Source: Kiritimatiellia bacterium (GTDB lineage: Bacteria; Verrucomicrobiota; Kiritimatiellia; RFP12; UBA1067). Taken from it: a stretch of DNA of 64,000 nucleotides. Position 1 is the stretch's first letter. Every line of letters starts with the position of its first letter. Location of the stretch: assembly GCA_050949565.1 (NCBI GenBank), contig JBMNFY010000017.1, forward strand, positions 256,001 to 320,000. Direction: 5' to 3'. The notes under the pieces were generated by a model. That model was not told the origin of the DNA, searched no databases, and was given only the letters and a program-made list of their open reading frames with translations. Of the stretch, positions 12,629 to 22,034 are shown one piece after another. A program made the position numbers and the translations under genes.

Positions 12629-12657
12629 GTTTTGTGTTTGGGAAAGTGTGTGCGAGC

Positions 12658-13602
12658 ATGATTGTTTTTTCAGGAACTGCGAACCTACCGCTGGCCGAGC
12701 GGATAATGGCGTACCTCGAGGGCCGACTGGGCGACATCAACATCCGTCGTTTTCCGGACGGTGAAATTCATGTCAAGATTGTCGACAATGTGCGCGGCAG
12801 GGACGTTTTCATCGTTCAGCCGATCTGTACGCAGCCCAACGAGATGCTGATGGAGCTGCTGATTATGATCGATGCCGCGCGCCGGGGTTCGGCGACGCGC
12901 ATCACGGCCGTGCTCCCCTATTACGGCTATGCGCGCCAAGACCGCAAAGACCAGCCGCGTGTGCCGATCACCGCGAAACTCGTGGCCAACCTGCTGGTGG
13001 CCGCCGGTGCCAATCGCGTGCTGACTATGGACCTGCACGCCCAGCAAATCCAAGGATTTTTTGATATTCCCGTCGACCACCTGCACGCCGCGCCGGTAAT
13101 GGTGAAATACCTGCGCGAGATGGAGCTAAAAAAGCCGCTCGTCGTGTCGCCCGATACCGGAGGGGCAAAAGCGGCCTACGCTTACTCACAAATGCTGGGC
13201 ACGGGCCTGGCGATTGTGGCGAAGCAGCGCATGGGAGACGCGGAGGTGGACGCCTTCAGCGTCGTTGGTGACGTAGAAGGATGCGACGTGATCATGGTCG
13301 ATGACATGACCACGACGTGCGGTACGCTGTGCGCAGCCGCCAAGCTCTTGAAGGAGAAGGGGGCCTCGTCCATCCGGGCGGCGGTCACCCACATTCCCCT
13401 GACGGAGAAGGGCATTGAACGCTTGCAGGCGGACGCCTCGCTTACCGAGCTGGTCGTGACAGATACGGTCCCCTTACGGGCCGATCTGCCCACGGATAAG
13501 CTGCCGGTGAAGCTGACGGTGCTTTCCGTCGCCGAGCTGCTGGGTGAAGCGATCCGTAGAATCCACCAAGACCAGTCCGTGAGTTCGCTGTTCAGGTATT
13601 GA
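12658..13602 (+). CDS. prs: Ribose-phosphate pyrophosphokinase
   Basis: FPDGE, PYYGYARQDRK, VSPDTGG and VDDMTTTCGT motifs. Confidence 0.97.
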   Translation: MIVFSGTANLPLAERIMAYLEGRLGDINIRRFPDGEIHVKIVDNVRGRDVFIVQPICTQPNEMLMELLIMIDAARRGSATRITAVLPYYGYARQDRKDQPRVPITAKLVANLLVAAGANRVLTMDLHAQQIQGFFDIPVDHLHAAPVMVKYLREMELKKPLVVSPDTGGAKAAYAYSQMLGTGLAIVAKQRMGDAEVDAFSVVGDVEGCDVIMVDDMTTTCGTLCAAAKLLKEKGASSIRAAVTHIPLTEKGIERLQADASLTELVVTDTVPLRADLPTDKLPVKLTVLSVAELLGEAIRRIHQDQSVSSLFRY

Positions 13603-13606
13603 TGGG

Positions 13607-13719
13607 CGGCAGCACGGAAGAGAATGAGAAGCCAAAGCGGCATGCAGCGGGCACGGTGAACGGGCTCCTTCCGAACTTGGGTTGTGTTCGGTTCCGGGGC
13701 GGGTTGATCCGTGCTGTCG
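13607..13719 (+). ncRNA. Candidate structured leader RNA upstream of rplY
   Basis: A 12-bp closing stem CGGCAGCACGGA/TCCGTGCTGTCG encloses the hairpin GCTCC-TT-CCGAAC...GTTCGG-TTCC-GGGGC. Confidence 0.5.
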
Positions 13720-13755
13720 GTGCAGGCTGTAACGGCATGAGTGACAGAGGAAAAA

Positions 13756-14433
13756 ATGGCGAATGATACAATCAGAATGAAGGCCGAACCGCGTACGGAA
13801 CAGGGTTCCGTGGCTGCGGGCCGGCTGCGCCGCGCCGGGAGCATTCCCGCTGCGGTGAACCGTATCGGGGGCGACACGACGCTGGTGAAACTCGACGCAC
13901 ATGCGTTCACCAATATGTTGCGTCACCACGCGGCCGAGCAGATGCTCGTGACGCTCGACCTCGACGGCCAAGAGGTGTCCGCGCTGATGCGCGAGGTGCA
14001 GTACGACGTGATGACGGGTGCCCCGATCCATGTGGATTTCGGCGAGATCTCGCTGAGCGAGGTCGTCCGCGTCTCAATCCCGCTGCATCTGAAGGGCGAG
14101 CCCGAGGGCGTCAAGACCGGTGGCGGTATCCTGCAACAGATGCTGCGTTCGGTGGAAGTCGAGTGCCTGCCGAACGAGATCATCGACGCCTTCAATGTCG
14201 ATGTCTCGAAACTCAAAGTGGGGCAGTCGATTTTCGTGCGCGACCTCACGCTGGGCGATGCCTACACGCTCTTCACCGGCGAGGACGACGTCATCGCAAC
14301 GGTCGCCGCGCCTGCTGGTGCGGAAGAGGAAGCAGATAAGGCCGGCGAGGAGACTGAAGGCTCCCCCGAGGTAATCACCAAGGGCAAGAAGGAAGAGGGC
14401 GCCGAAGACGCCGCTCACGCCGCCAAAAAGTAA
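13756..14433 (+). CDS. rplY: 50S ribosomal protein L25 (CTC type)
   Basis: RLRRAGSIPA, HVDF and GVKTGGGILQQ motifs with an acidic tail; prs-rplY-pth synteny. Confidence 0.95.
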   Translation: MANDTIRMKAEPRTEQGSVAAGRLRRAGSIPAAVNRIGGDTTLVKLDAHAFTNMLRHHAAEQMLVTLDLDGQEVSALMREVQYDVMTGAPIHVDFGEISLSEVVRVSIPLHLKGEPEGVKTGGGILQQMLRSVEVECLPNEIIDAFNVDVSKLKVGQSIFVRDLTLGDAYTLFTGEDDVIATVAAPAGAEEEADKAGEETEGSPEVITKGKKEEGAEDAAHAAKK

Positions 14434-14451
14434 CCCGGAGGACACCACCGC

Positions 14452-15048
14452 GTGAAAATGATTGCGGGACTGGGAAACCCCGGCAAGGCCTACGTGAACA
14501 CGCCGCACAACGTCGGCTTCGATGTTGTCGACCTGTTGGCGGAACGCGCCGAGGCTGGCTGGAAGAACAGTTCCGGATTTCGTGCACGCGTTGCGCGCGT
14601 CGCCGGCGCAGGCGGCCCGCTGCTGCTGGTCAAGCCTCAGACCTTCATGAATCTGAGCGGGACCAGCGTGGCACCGTTGCTGCGCTACTACGGCGGCCTG
14701 CCGACCGACCTGACGGTGATTCTGGATGATGCGGACCTGCCACTTGGCACACTGCGCATCCGAGCATCAGGAGGTAGCGGCGGACATCGCGGACTGGCCT
14801 CGATCATCGAGGCGTTGGGAACCGAAGGGTTCCCGCGGGTCCGGCTGGGCGTGGGACGCAACGCATGCGGCGACTTGGTCGGGCATGTGCTCGGCCGCTT
14901 GGACGACGAACGCATGCGCCTGATACAGGCGACGATCGAGACGGCTGCCGACGCGGTGCAGTGCCTGACCGAAAACGGATTGAACGAAGCAATGAACCGG
15001 TACAACGGCTGGCGTGCCGAAGAGGCGCCAGCGAATGACCCCAAGTGA
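14452..15048 (+). CDS. pth: Peptidyl-tRNA hydrolase
   Basis: GLGNPG, HNVGF, KPQTFMNLSG and GGSGGHRGL motifs. Confidence 0.97.
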   Translation: MKMIAGLGNPGKAYVNTPHNVGFDVVDLLAERAEAGWKNSSGFRARVARVAGAGGPLLLVKPQTFMNLSGTSVAPLLRYYGGLPTDLTVILDDADLPLGTLRIRASGGSGGHRGLASIIEALGTEGFPRVRLGVGRNACGDLVGHVLGRLDDERMRLIQATIETAADAVQCLTENGLNEAMNRYNGWRAEEAPANDPK

Positions 15049-15055
15049 GAGCAGT

Positions 15056-15472
15056 ATGAAAAAATACGATGGTTTGTACATCTTCGTCGGCACGGCGAAA
15101 GATGACGTTTTGGACCAACAGATCGACAAGGTGTGCGGCGAAATCACACGCCTGGACGGCAACGTGTTGACCACCGAGGTGCTCGGCAAGCGTACCTTTG
15201 CACGCCCGATGCAGAAGCGTGACAACGGCATCTATGTAAAGATCCGCTTCGAGCTGGATCCCAGCCAAGTCAGCGTGCTCCTCGGCCGTTATCGGCTTGC
15301 CGAGGACGTCTTCCGCGTACAGATCCTTGCCGTGGACGATCGCCGCGAGGCGGTCTTGGCCCGGCAGGCTGAAGAGCGCAAAGTCCGTGAGGCCGCGCGT
15401 GCCGCAGCCGAAGAGGCGACTACCGAAGATGAGGACAACGAAAACCAGGACGAGTTCGGGGACGACGAGTAA
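15056..15472 (+). CDS. rpsF: 30S ribosomal protein S6
   Basis: MKKYDGLYIF...LGKRTFARPM; rpsF-ssb-rpsR-rplI order. Confidence 0.9.
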   Translation: MKKYDGLYIFVGTAKDDVLDQQIDKVCGEITRLDGNVLTTEVLGKRTFARPMQKRDNGIYVKIRFELDPSQVSVLLGRYRLAEDVFRVQILAVDDRREAVLARQAEERKVREAARAAAEEATTEDEDNENQDEFGDDE

Positions 15473-15508
15473 GTCCGACTGGATACTGGAATAAAAGGAC
15501 GGTAAACC

Positions 15509-15988
15509 ATGGCTTCCTACAACAAAGTAATCATCGCCGGCAATCTCACGCGTGATCCGGACATCCGTACCGCGGGGAGCGCCAAAGTGGCGGATATCCG
15601 CCTCGCGATCTCCGAGGCGTGGCGCGACAAGGCCTCGGGGCAACGCAGGGAGGTGACCTGTTTTGTTGACGTGGTCGCATGGGAGAGACTGGCGGAGTTC
15701 TGCCAGCAGTACTTCTTCAAAGGCAAAGGCATGCTCGTAGAGGGCCGCCTGCAGTTGGATGAATGGACTGACAAGCAGACCAACGAAAAGCGCAGCAAGC
15801 TGCGTGTGCGGGCCGACCGCATCATGTTCTGGGGCGCACCGCCGCGACAGGACGATGCCCCCGCTACACCGCAGCGCGCACCCGCCGCGTCCAGCGCGCC
15901 TAGCGCACCCGCCGCGAAGGATGAGCCGCCCGCTTTCGACGACGACTCTGGGAACCTCGCACAGGATGACGAGGATTTACCGTTTTAA
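15509..15988 (+). CDS. ssb: Single-stranded DNA-binding protein
   Basis: NKVIIAGNLTRDP, VEGRL and C-terminal DDEDLPF. Confidence 0.97.
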   Translation: MASYNKVIIAGNLTRDPDIRTAGSAKVADIRLAISEAWRDKASGQRREVTCFVDVVAWERLAEFCQQYFFKGKGMLVEGRLQLDEWTDKQTNEKRSKLRVRADRIMFWGAPPRQDDAPATPQRAPAASSAPSAPAAKDEPPAFDDDSGNLAQDDEDLPF

Positions 15989-16023
15989 GACAACGTTTGA
16001 ATTGAACAAGAGGAATCAAGCTA

Positions 16024-16275
16024 ATGGCTAAGCAAAAACGAAGCAACCGACCGGGTCGGGACAGCCGCAGCCGCGACTTCACGCCCACCCGTAAACGTAC
16101 GCGTGTTCTGGATCCGAATGACATCGTGGATATCAACGATGTCGAGTTTCTCCGCCGGTTCGTCACCGAATACGGCAAAATTATTCCGGCACGCCTCACC
16201 GGCGTCACCGCTGCCCAGCAGCGCCAGATCAAACAGGGTGTGCGCCGCGCCCGTAACATGGGCCTGATGGCCTAA
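16024..16275 (+). CDS. rpsR: 30S ribosomal protein S18 (cysteine-free form)
   Basis: FVTEYGKIIPARLTG...QRQI...RAR. Confidence 0.95.
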   Translation: MAKQKRSNRPGRDSRSRDFTPTRKRTRVLDPNDIVDINDVEFLRRFVTEYGKIIPARLTGVTAAQQRQIKQGVRRARNMGLMA

Positions 16276-16297
16276 GACCGGAAAGGATTGAACCGTT

Positions 16298-16750
16298 ATG
16301 TCAACTGAACTCCTTTTACTGTCGGACGTCGAGCATCTCGGCAAGGCCGGCGATGTCGTGAAAGTGGCGGATGGCTACGCCCGTAACTACCTGCTGCCAA
16401 AAGACCTCGCGGCACCAGTCTCGAAGCAGGCGTTGCGCCGTCTCGAGAAACTGCGCAAAGAACGCGAGGAGGTCGCGCGCATCCAGCTCGCCGAAGCCAA
16501 AGAAAAGGCCTCGAAACTGGACAATGCGTCGGTCACCTTGCGCGCCAAGACGGTCGACGGCACCCGTCTCTATGGCTCGATCCAAGCAGCGGACATCGTG
16601 GACGCGCTTGAGGTGGGTCAGAAGATCACCGTCGACAGGTCTCAGATCGTACTCGCCGAGCCGATCAAAGAGACCGGCACGTTCGACATTGACGTGAAGC
16701 TGCATCCCGAACTGACCTGCACCATCAAGGTGTGGGTTGTCGAGGAGTAA
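16298..16750 (+). CDS. rplI: 50S ribosomal protein L9
   Basis: LGKAGDVVKVADGYARNYLLP, LYGSI, VKLHPE. Confidence 0.97.
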   Translation: MSTELLLLSDVEHLGKAGDVVKVADGYARNYLLPKDLAAPVSKQALRRLEKLRKEREEVARIQLAEAKEKASKLDNASVTLRAKTVDGTRLYGSIQAADIVDALEVGQKITVDRSQIVLAEPIKETGTFDIDVKLHPELTCTIKVWVVEE

Positions 16751-16768
16751 AAGAAGCAGGGCAAGCGT

Positions 16769-17000
16769 CGGGCAAGCGTCTGCTTGCCCGGCGGCGTAAA
16801 CGCCGCCCACCGAACAGGACGCATTTTGGAGTGCGGTGACAAGAACCGCGCCACGCGCGAATCGCGGCACCGCTTTCCGGTTCATCCGCGTCAACGCGGC
16901 GTCGCGCAGAATACTGCTTGCCGCCGCACTCCAAATCCTTTCTTCAGGCTTGCGAGTGCCGGAAAAGGATGGAGCCAAGGACAAGCAGATGCTCGTCCCT
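16769..17000. repeat. Nested REP/REPIN-like palindromic elements
   Basis: Outer palindromes CGGGCAAGC-GTCT-GCTTGCCCG (16769-16790) and GGACAAGCAGATGCTCGTCCCT (~16979-17000) enclose the inverted pair TTTGGAGTGCGG (16825) / CCGCACTCCAAA (16935). Confidence 0.75.
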
Positions 17001-17053
17001 GTGTATTTGAAAGTTGAACGTTGAAAGTTAAGCGTTGAGCGTTACTGTCGATT

Positions 17054-18541
17054 ATGCAGACAACCCCATCAGCCCCCGCCGCGCCCCTGCGCACCATTCC
17101 GCACAGCGTCGAAGCTGAACGCGGTGTCCTCGGCTCGATCCTGCTGGACGCGGCCGGTGACAGCCGCGTGTTGGATCTGTGTACCGAAAACGGCATCGTC
17201 CCCGAATCGTTCTATACCCCCGCGCACAGCCTGCTTTTCGAAACCCTGTCCGAGATGTCGCGCGCCGCGCTCGCCATCGACCCCCTTACTCTCACCGAAC
17301 GGCTGCGTGCGCTGAACCGCCTTGATGAAATTGGCGGTGCCGCCACCATTCAGGCGTTGATTGATGAGACCCCCACTGCCGCCCATGCGGAGTACTACAT
17401 CAACATCGTGCGCCAGAAGCACCTGCTGCGCGCCGTCATCTCTTGTGCCCGCGACGCCGAACGCCGCTGCTTCGATGAAGCGGTCAGCGCCGACCTGATC
17501 CTCGGTGAGGTCGAACAGCAGTTCCTTAGTATTGCCGACCATCGGCGCGAGGGCACTGGTCTCTCCTGGCCCCAGGCCATCACCAATACGATGGGGCACA
17601 TCGACCGGCTCTTTTCTCTCGGCCCCGGCAGTGTGGCCGGTCTGCCCACCGGACTCAAAAACCTCGACAGGCAACTCAAAGGGCTGCGCAACGGCGAAAT
17701 GATCGTACTGGCCGCCCGTCCCTCAATGGGAAAAACCTCGCTCGCCATGAACATCGCCGAGTGCGTCGCGCTTGGCAAGGACATCTACGGGCGTCCGATG
17801 AAAGGTGACCATGACCGTCCCCACGCTGTCGGCGTCTTCTCGCTTGAAATGTCCACCGAGTCCCTCGCCATGCGCATGCTCTGCGGCTTTGCGGGTGTGC
17901 CCAGCTTTAGGATCTCTCAAGGGCTCGGCAACATCAAAAACATCAATCAGCAACTCACCCGCGCCGCCTCTGAACTCGGCAAAGCGCCGATCTATGTGGA
18001 TGACACCGGCGGCCTTGATGTCATGGATATGCGCGCCCGCGCCCGTCGCATGAAGAAGCGTTACAAGATCGAGCTGATCGTAATCGATTACCTCCAACTC
18101 TGCAATTGTCGCGAATTCGCCAGACAGGGCCGTCAGATTGAAACCTCGCAGATATCCGGCCAGATCAAGGCCATGGCCAAAGAGCTGAACCTACCGGTCG
18201 TCGTGCTCAGCCAGCTTAGCCGTGCCCCAGAACAGCGCGGCGATAAAACCAACAAACCCAAACTCTCCGACCTGCGCGACTCCGGCGCCATCGAGCAGGA
18301 CGCCGACGTCGTACTGCTGTTGCGCCGTCCCTGCAAAGCCCCCGGCGATCCTGAATTTGAAGACACGCGTTTGGCCATCGTCGATGTTGCCAAACACCGT
18401 AACGGTCCCACCGGTGAGGTCCGGCTTGATTTCGACGACGCCCTCACGCGTTTCGGTGACCGCGCCGACCCCGGCACCAGTGAAACTGCCGGCCTTGAGC
18501 CCGACCCCTATCCCTCTGTCGACCTCCCCGAGGATCAGTGA
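17054..18541 (+). CDS. dnaB: Replicative DNA helicase
   Basis: PHSVEAE, AARPSMGKT, FSLEM, IDYLQL and DLRDSGAIEQDAD motifs. Confidence 0.98.
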   Translation: MQTTPSAPAAPLRTIPHSVEAERGVLGSILLDAAGDSRVLDLCTENGIVPESFYTPAHSLLFETLSEMSRAALAIDPLTLTERLRALNRLDEIGGAATIQALIDETPTAAHAEYYINIVRQKHLLRAVISCARDAERRCFDEAVSADLILGEVEQQFLSIADHRREGTGLSWPQAITNTMGHIDRLFSLGPGSVAGLPTGLKNLDRQLKGLRNGEMIVLAARPSMGKTSLAMNIAECVALGKDIYGRPMKGDHDRPHAVGVFSLEMSTESLAMRMLCGFAGVPSFRISQGLGNIKNINQQLTRAASELGKAPIYVDDTGGLDVMDMRARARRMKKRYKIELIVIDYLQLCNCREFARQGRQIETSQISGQIKAMAKELNLPVVVLSQLSRAPEQRGDKTNKPKLSDLRDSGAIEQDADVVLLLRRPCKAPGDPEFEDTRLAIVDVAKHRNGPTGEVRLDFDDALTRFGDRADPGTSETAGLEPDPYPSVDLPEDQ

Positions 18542-18553
18542 CAACCCGTCGCC

Positions 18554-19948
18554 ATGCGAAAAACGGCTAAGCACGAAAAAGTTTCGCATCCCCTGAGCCC
18601 GCAGGTGCCCATGGCCCTCGCCTTTTTATTGGCGATCCTCATCGGAGCCTTCCTGCTTGCGCTGCCGGCAGCCAACACCAACGGTCAATGGCGCGATGCT
18701 GTCTCGGCGCTCTTCACCGCCACCAGTGCCACCTGCGTCACTGGGCTTTCGGTGATCGACGTCGGCAGTGAACTCACGCGCTTCGGCCAGATTGTGCTCA
18801 TCACGCTGATCCAATTGGGCGGCCTCGGTGTCACAACTTTCGGCACCTTCCTGCTGGTGCTCATCGGCCGCCGCCTCAGCGTGCAGAACGAGTTTGTGCT
18901 GATGGACGCCTACGGCGTGGAAGCGGTGAAAGGCATCCGTGCCCTGCTGCTCTGGACCATAGGTTTCACCCTGCTCTTCGAAGGCATCGGCACCCTGTTG
19001 CTCTGGGCGCGCTACATGGCACCTCACCCCTCCCTTCCCCTCCCCTACGACCCGTGGACTGCCTTGTATTACGCCGTCTTCCACGCGGTCAGCGCCTTCT
19101 GCAACGCCGGTTTTTCGCTACACCGCGACAGCCTAATCGCCTTCCAGCACGACCCCGTTTATTTATTCACCATCAGTATTCTGGTTGTCGCGGGTGGGCT
19201 CGGCTTCCTCGTCCACTACAATCTGGTGACCATCAAGTTTTGGCGGCGTAACCGCATGACGCGCGGGCGCATCACCCTGCACACCAAAGTCGTTCTGATC
19301 GCCACCTCAGTGCTGATCCTGCTCGGCTTCGTGTTTACACTGCTGTTGGAAACGCCCCATACGCTGAAAGACCTCCCCTTCGCCGACAAATTGGTCTGTG
19401 CATTCTCGCACGGTATCTCCGCACGAACTGCCGGCTTCAACGTCGTGCCGATGGGTGACATCCAAGAGGCCACCCGCTTCATCACTGCCCTGCTCATGTT
19501 GATCGGCGGCTCGCCCGGTTCCGCTGCGGGTGGCATCAAGACCACCACGCTGGTGGTACTGATCATGACAGTGATCGCCATGTGCCGCAACCGCCGCGAC
19601 ACCGTCCTCTTCAACCGCACGTTGCCCTACACGGTTGTGCGCGAGGCGGTCGTGATTTTTCTGCTTATGTTGTCTCTGATCGCCGTGGCCTATGGCGTGT
19701 TGCTGCTCACCGAATATCCGCAGCAAGGCGACGACGCATCGAAACTTTTCTTCGAAGCCGTCTCTGCCGTAGGCACCGTGGGACTCTCCATTGACCACAC
19801 GGGAAGGTTGTCGAATGCCGGCCGATGGGTTATCATCATAGGCATGTACGTCGGACGCTTAGGCCCTCTCGCGGTCGCGCTATTGATCGGCAGCCGCGAT
19901 GAATGCCAACGTATCCGTTACCCCGAAGAGGAAGTCATCGTCGGCTAA
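18554..19948 (+). CDS. Ktr/Trk potassium uptake membrane subunit (KtrB/TrkH family)
   Basis: SATCVTGL, SAFCNAGF, SARTAGF, GGIKTTT and SAVGTVGLS pore-loop motifs. Confidence 0.93.
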   Translation: MRKTAKHEKVSHPLSPQVPMALAFLLAILIGAFLLALPAANTNGQWRDAVSALFTATSATCVTGLSVIDVGSELTRFGQIVLITLIQLGGLGVTTFGTFLLVLIGRRLSVQNEFVLMDAYGVEAVKGIRALLLWTIGFTLLFEGIGTLLLWARYMAPHPSLPLPYDPWTALYYAVFHAVSAFCNAGFSLHRDSLIAFQHDPVYLFTISILVVAGGLGFLVHYNLVTIKFWRRNRMTRGRITLHTKVVLIATSVLILLGFVFTLLLETPHTLKDLPFADKLVCAFSHGISARTAGFNVVPMGDIQEATRFITALLMLIGGSPGSAAGGIKTTTLVVLIMTVIAMCRNRRDTVLFNRTLPYTVVREAVVIFLLMLSLIAVAYGVLLLTEYPQQGDDASKLFFEAVSAVGTVGLSIDHTGRLSNAGRWVIIIGMYVGRLGPLAVALLIGSRDECQRIRYPEEEVIVG

Positions 19949-19954
19949 CCAACC

Positions 19955-20004
19955 CCTAAATCCTAACTCCTAACTCCTAAATCCTAAATCCTAAATGCTA
20001 ACTC
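19955..20004. repeat. Heptamer tandem repeat (CCTAAAT/CCTAACT) x7
   Basis: Directly visible between the ktrB stop and the metY start. Confidence 0.9.
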
Positions 20005-20006
20005 CC

Positions 20007-21284
20007 ATGTCCTTCCATCCAGACACCCTTTGCGTTCAGGCCGGCTGGCAGCCAAAAAATGGCGAGCCGCGCGTGTTGCCCATCTTTCAAAGTACGACCT
20101 TCAAGTACGACAGCAGCGAGCATGTCGGCGACCTCTTTGACCTGAAGGCGCCCGGCCACTTCTACACCCGGCTCAGCAACCCCACGGCAGAGGCGGTCGA
20201 GAACAAGATCGCCGCACTGGAAGGCGGCGTCGGCGCGTTGATGACCTCTTCGGGCCAGGCCGCAGAAATGATTGCAATTCTCAACCTCTGCAACAGCGGC
20301 GACCACCTTATCGCCTCGGGTGCCATCTACGGCGGCACCACCAACCTCTTCAGCGTCACGCTCAAGAAGCTGGGCATCGAGGTCACCTATGTCGACCCCT
20401 ACGCCTCCGACGACACCATCCAGGCCGCCTTCCGCCTCACCACCCGCGCGGTCTTCGGCGAGACCATCGCCAACCCCGCGCTGACGGTCTTCGACATTGA
20501 GCGTTTCGCGCGCGTGGCCCACGCCAACGGCGTCCCACTGATCGTCGACAACACCTTCCCGACCGCCGTGCTCTGCCGTCCCTTCGACTTCGGTGCGGAC
20601 ATCGTCACCTACTCAACCTCCAAGTACCTCGACGGGCATGCTATTTCACTCGGCGGCATGATCGTGGACAGCGGACGCTTCGACTGGCGAGCGAGTGGCA
20701 AGTTCCCTGGGCTCACCGAACCCGACCCCTCCTACCACGGCACCATCTATACCGATGCCTTCGGCCCGTCCGCCTTTATTGTCAAAGCCCGTGTCCAACT
20801 CATGCGCGACCTCGGCGCGACCCCTTCGCCAATGAACGCTTTTCTACTCAACCTCGGCATGGAAACACTGCACCTGCGCATGGAGCGCCACTGCCGCAAC
20901 GCCGAGGCGGTCGCCGCTTTTCTTGAAGGCCATCCCGCGGTCTCCTGGATCAACTACCCCGGACTGCCCTCTTCCAAGGATGCCGCGCTCGTCAAAAAAT
21001 ACCTGCCGCGCGGCACCTGCGGCGTGATCTCCTTCGGCGTCAAAGGCGGACGGGATGCCGCCGTGCGCTTCATGGACAGCCTCAAGCTCGCGGCCATCGT
21101 CGTGCATGTTGCTGATGCCCGTACTGGCGTGCTGCACCCCGCCAGCACCACCCACCGCCAACTCACGGATGAGCAACTCACCGCCGCCGGGATCAGCCCG
21201 GAACTCGTGCGCCTCTCCGTCGGCATTGAAAACGCGGCTGACATCATCGCCGACCTCGATCAAGCCTTAAGCGCGTGCGGCTAA
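20007..21284 (+). CDS. metY: O-acetylhomoserine aminocarboxypropyltransferase / sulfhydrylase (MetY family, PLP enzyme)
   Basis: YTRLSNPT, ETIANP, DNTF, STSKYLDGH and RLSVGIE motifs. Confidence 0.9.
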   Translation: MSFHPDTLCVQAGWQPKNGEPRVLPIFQSTTFKYDSSEHVGDLFDLKAPGHFYTRLSNPTAEAVENKIAALEGGVGALMTSSGQAAEMIAILNLCNSGDHLIASGAIYGGTTNLFSVTLKKLGIEVTYVDPYASDDTIQAAFRLTTRAVFGETIANPALTVFDIERFARVAHANGVPLIVDNTFPTAVLCRPFDFGADIVTYSTSKYLDGHAISLGGMIVDSGRFDWRASGKFPGLTEPDPSYHGTIYTDAFGPSAFIVKARVQLMRDLGATPSPMNAFLLNLGMETLHLRMERHCRNAEAVAAFLEGHPAVSWINYPGLPSSKDAALVKKYLPRGTCGVISFGVKGGRDAAVRFMDSLKLAAIVVHVADARTGVLHPASTTHRQLTDEQLTAAGISPELVRLSVGIENAADIIADLDQALSACG

Positions 21285-21311
21285 CCCCACCCAACAAACT
21301 CCAGACACACC

Positions 21312-21980
21312 ATGAAACGCATCGGCATCATCGGCGCAGGACGCTTCGGATCATCGCTCGCGGAAAGTCTCGCAGAACACGGCGCTGAGGTTTTACTGAT
21401 TGATCAAAACCGCGAAGTCATTCAGGAACTTTCCGAGTTCGTCACCCGCGCCGTCGAGGGCGACGTCACCAATCAGCGCACCTTGGAAGATGCCGGTTTC
21501 CAAGAGTGCGATGTCGTGGTCGTAGCCATCGGCAACAACCTCGAAGGCAGCATCATGGCCACCGTGAACTGCAAGGCGCTCGGCGTGCCGACTGTCGTGG
21601 CCAAAGCCAACTCCGACGTGCACGGCAAGATTCTCCAGCGCGTCGGTGCCGACATGGTGGTCTATCCCAACCGCGACTCGTCGCACCGCCTTGCGCGTAC
21701 CCTGCTCTCGAAAGGTTCCGTCGATCTCTTTGAGATTTCCGACGGTTTCAGCATCGCCGAGATCGACGTGCCGGAATCGCTGCGTAACAAGAGTCTGGCC
21801 CAAGCCGATGCGCGCAAGCATTTCGGTGTGACGGTCCTCTGCGTGCGACGCCTCGCCGAAGACCCGGCCCAACCGCGCACTGTCATCATCCCGACCGCCG
21901 ACGAGATCATCCAGCCCGACGACAAGCTGCTCATCTTCGGCACAGACAAGAAGATCGACGCGCTCGCGCAAGATACCTGA
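21312..21980 (+). CDS. Ktr/Trk potassium uptake regulatory subunit (KtrA/TrkA family)
   Basis: GAGRFG Rossmann motif, VGADMVVYP and a C-terminal TrkA_C-like domain. Confidence 0.93.
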   Translation: MKRIGIIGAGRFGSSLAESLAEHGAEVLLIDQNREVIQELSEFVTRAVEGDVTNQRTLEDAGFQECDVVVVAIGNNLEGSIMATVNCKALGVPTVVAKANSDVHGKILQRVGADMVVYPNRDSSHRLARTLLSKGSVDLFEISDGFSIAEIDVPESLRNKSLAQADARKHFGVTVLCVRRLAEDPAQPRTVIIPTADEIIQPDDKLLIFGTDKKIDALAQDT

Positions 21981-22034
21981 CGAGAACTAACAAGACGCTT
22001 GTCATCCCCGCCGCGCTACGCTATGGTCTCAGGT

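Noticed and set aside
13607-13719. 5S rRNA gene
   Set aside because: Similar size and a CCGAAC motif, but the other conserved 5S segments are not recognisable and there is no rRNA operon context.
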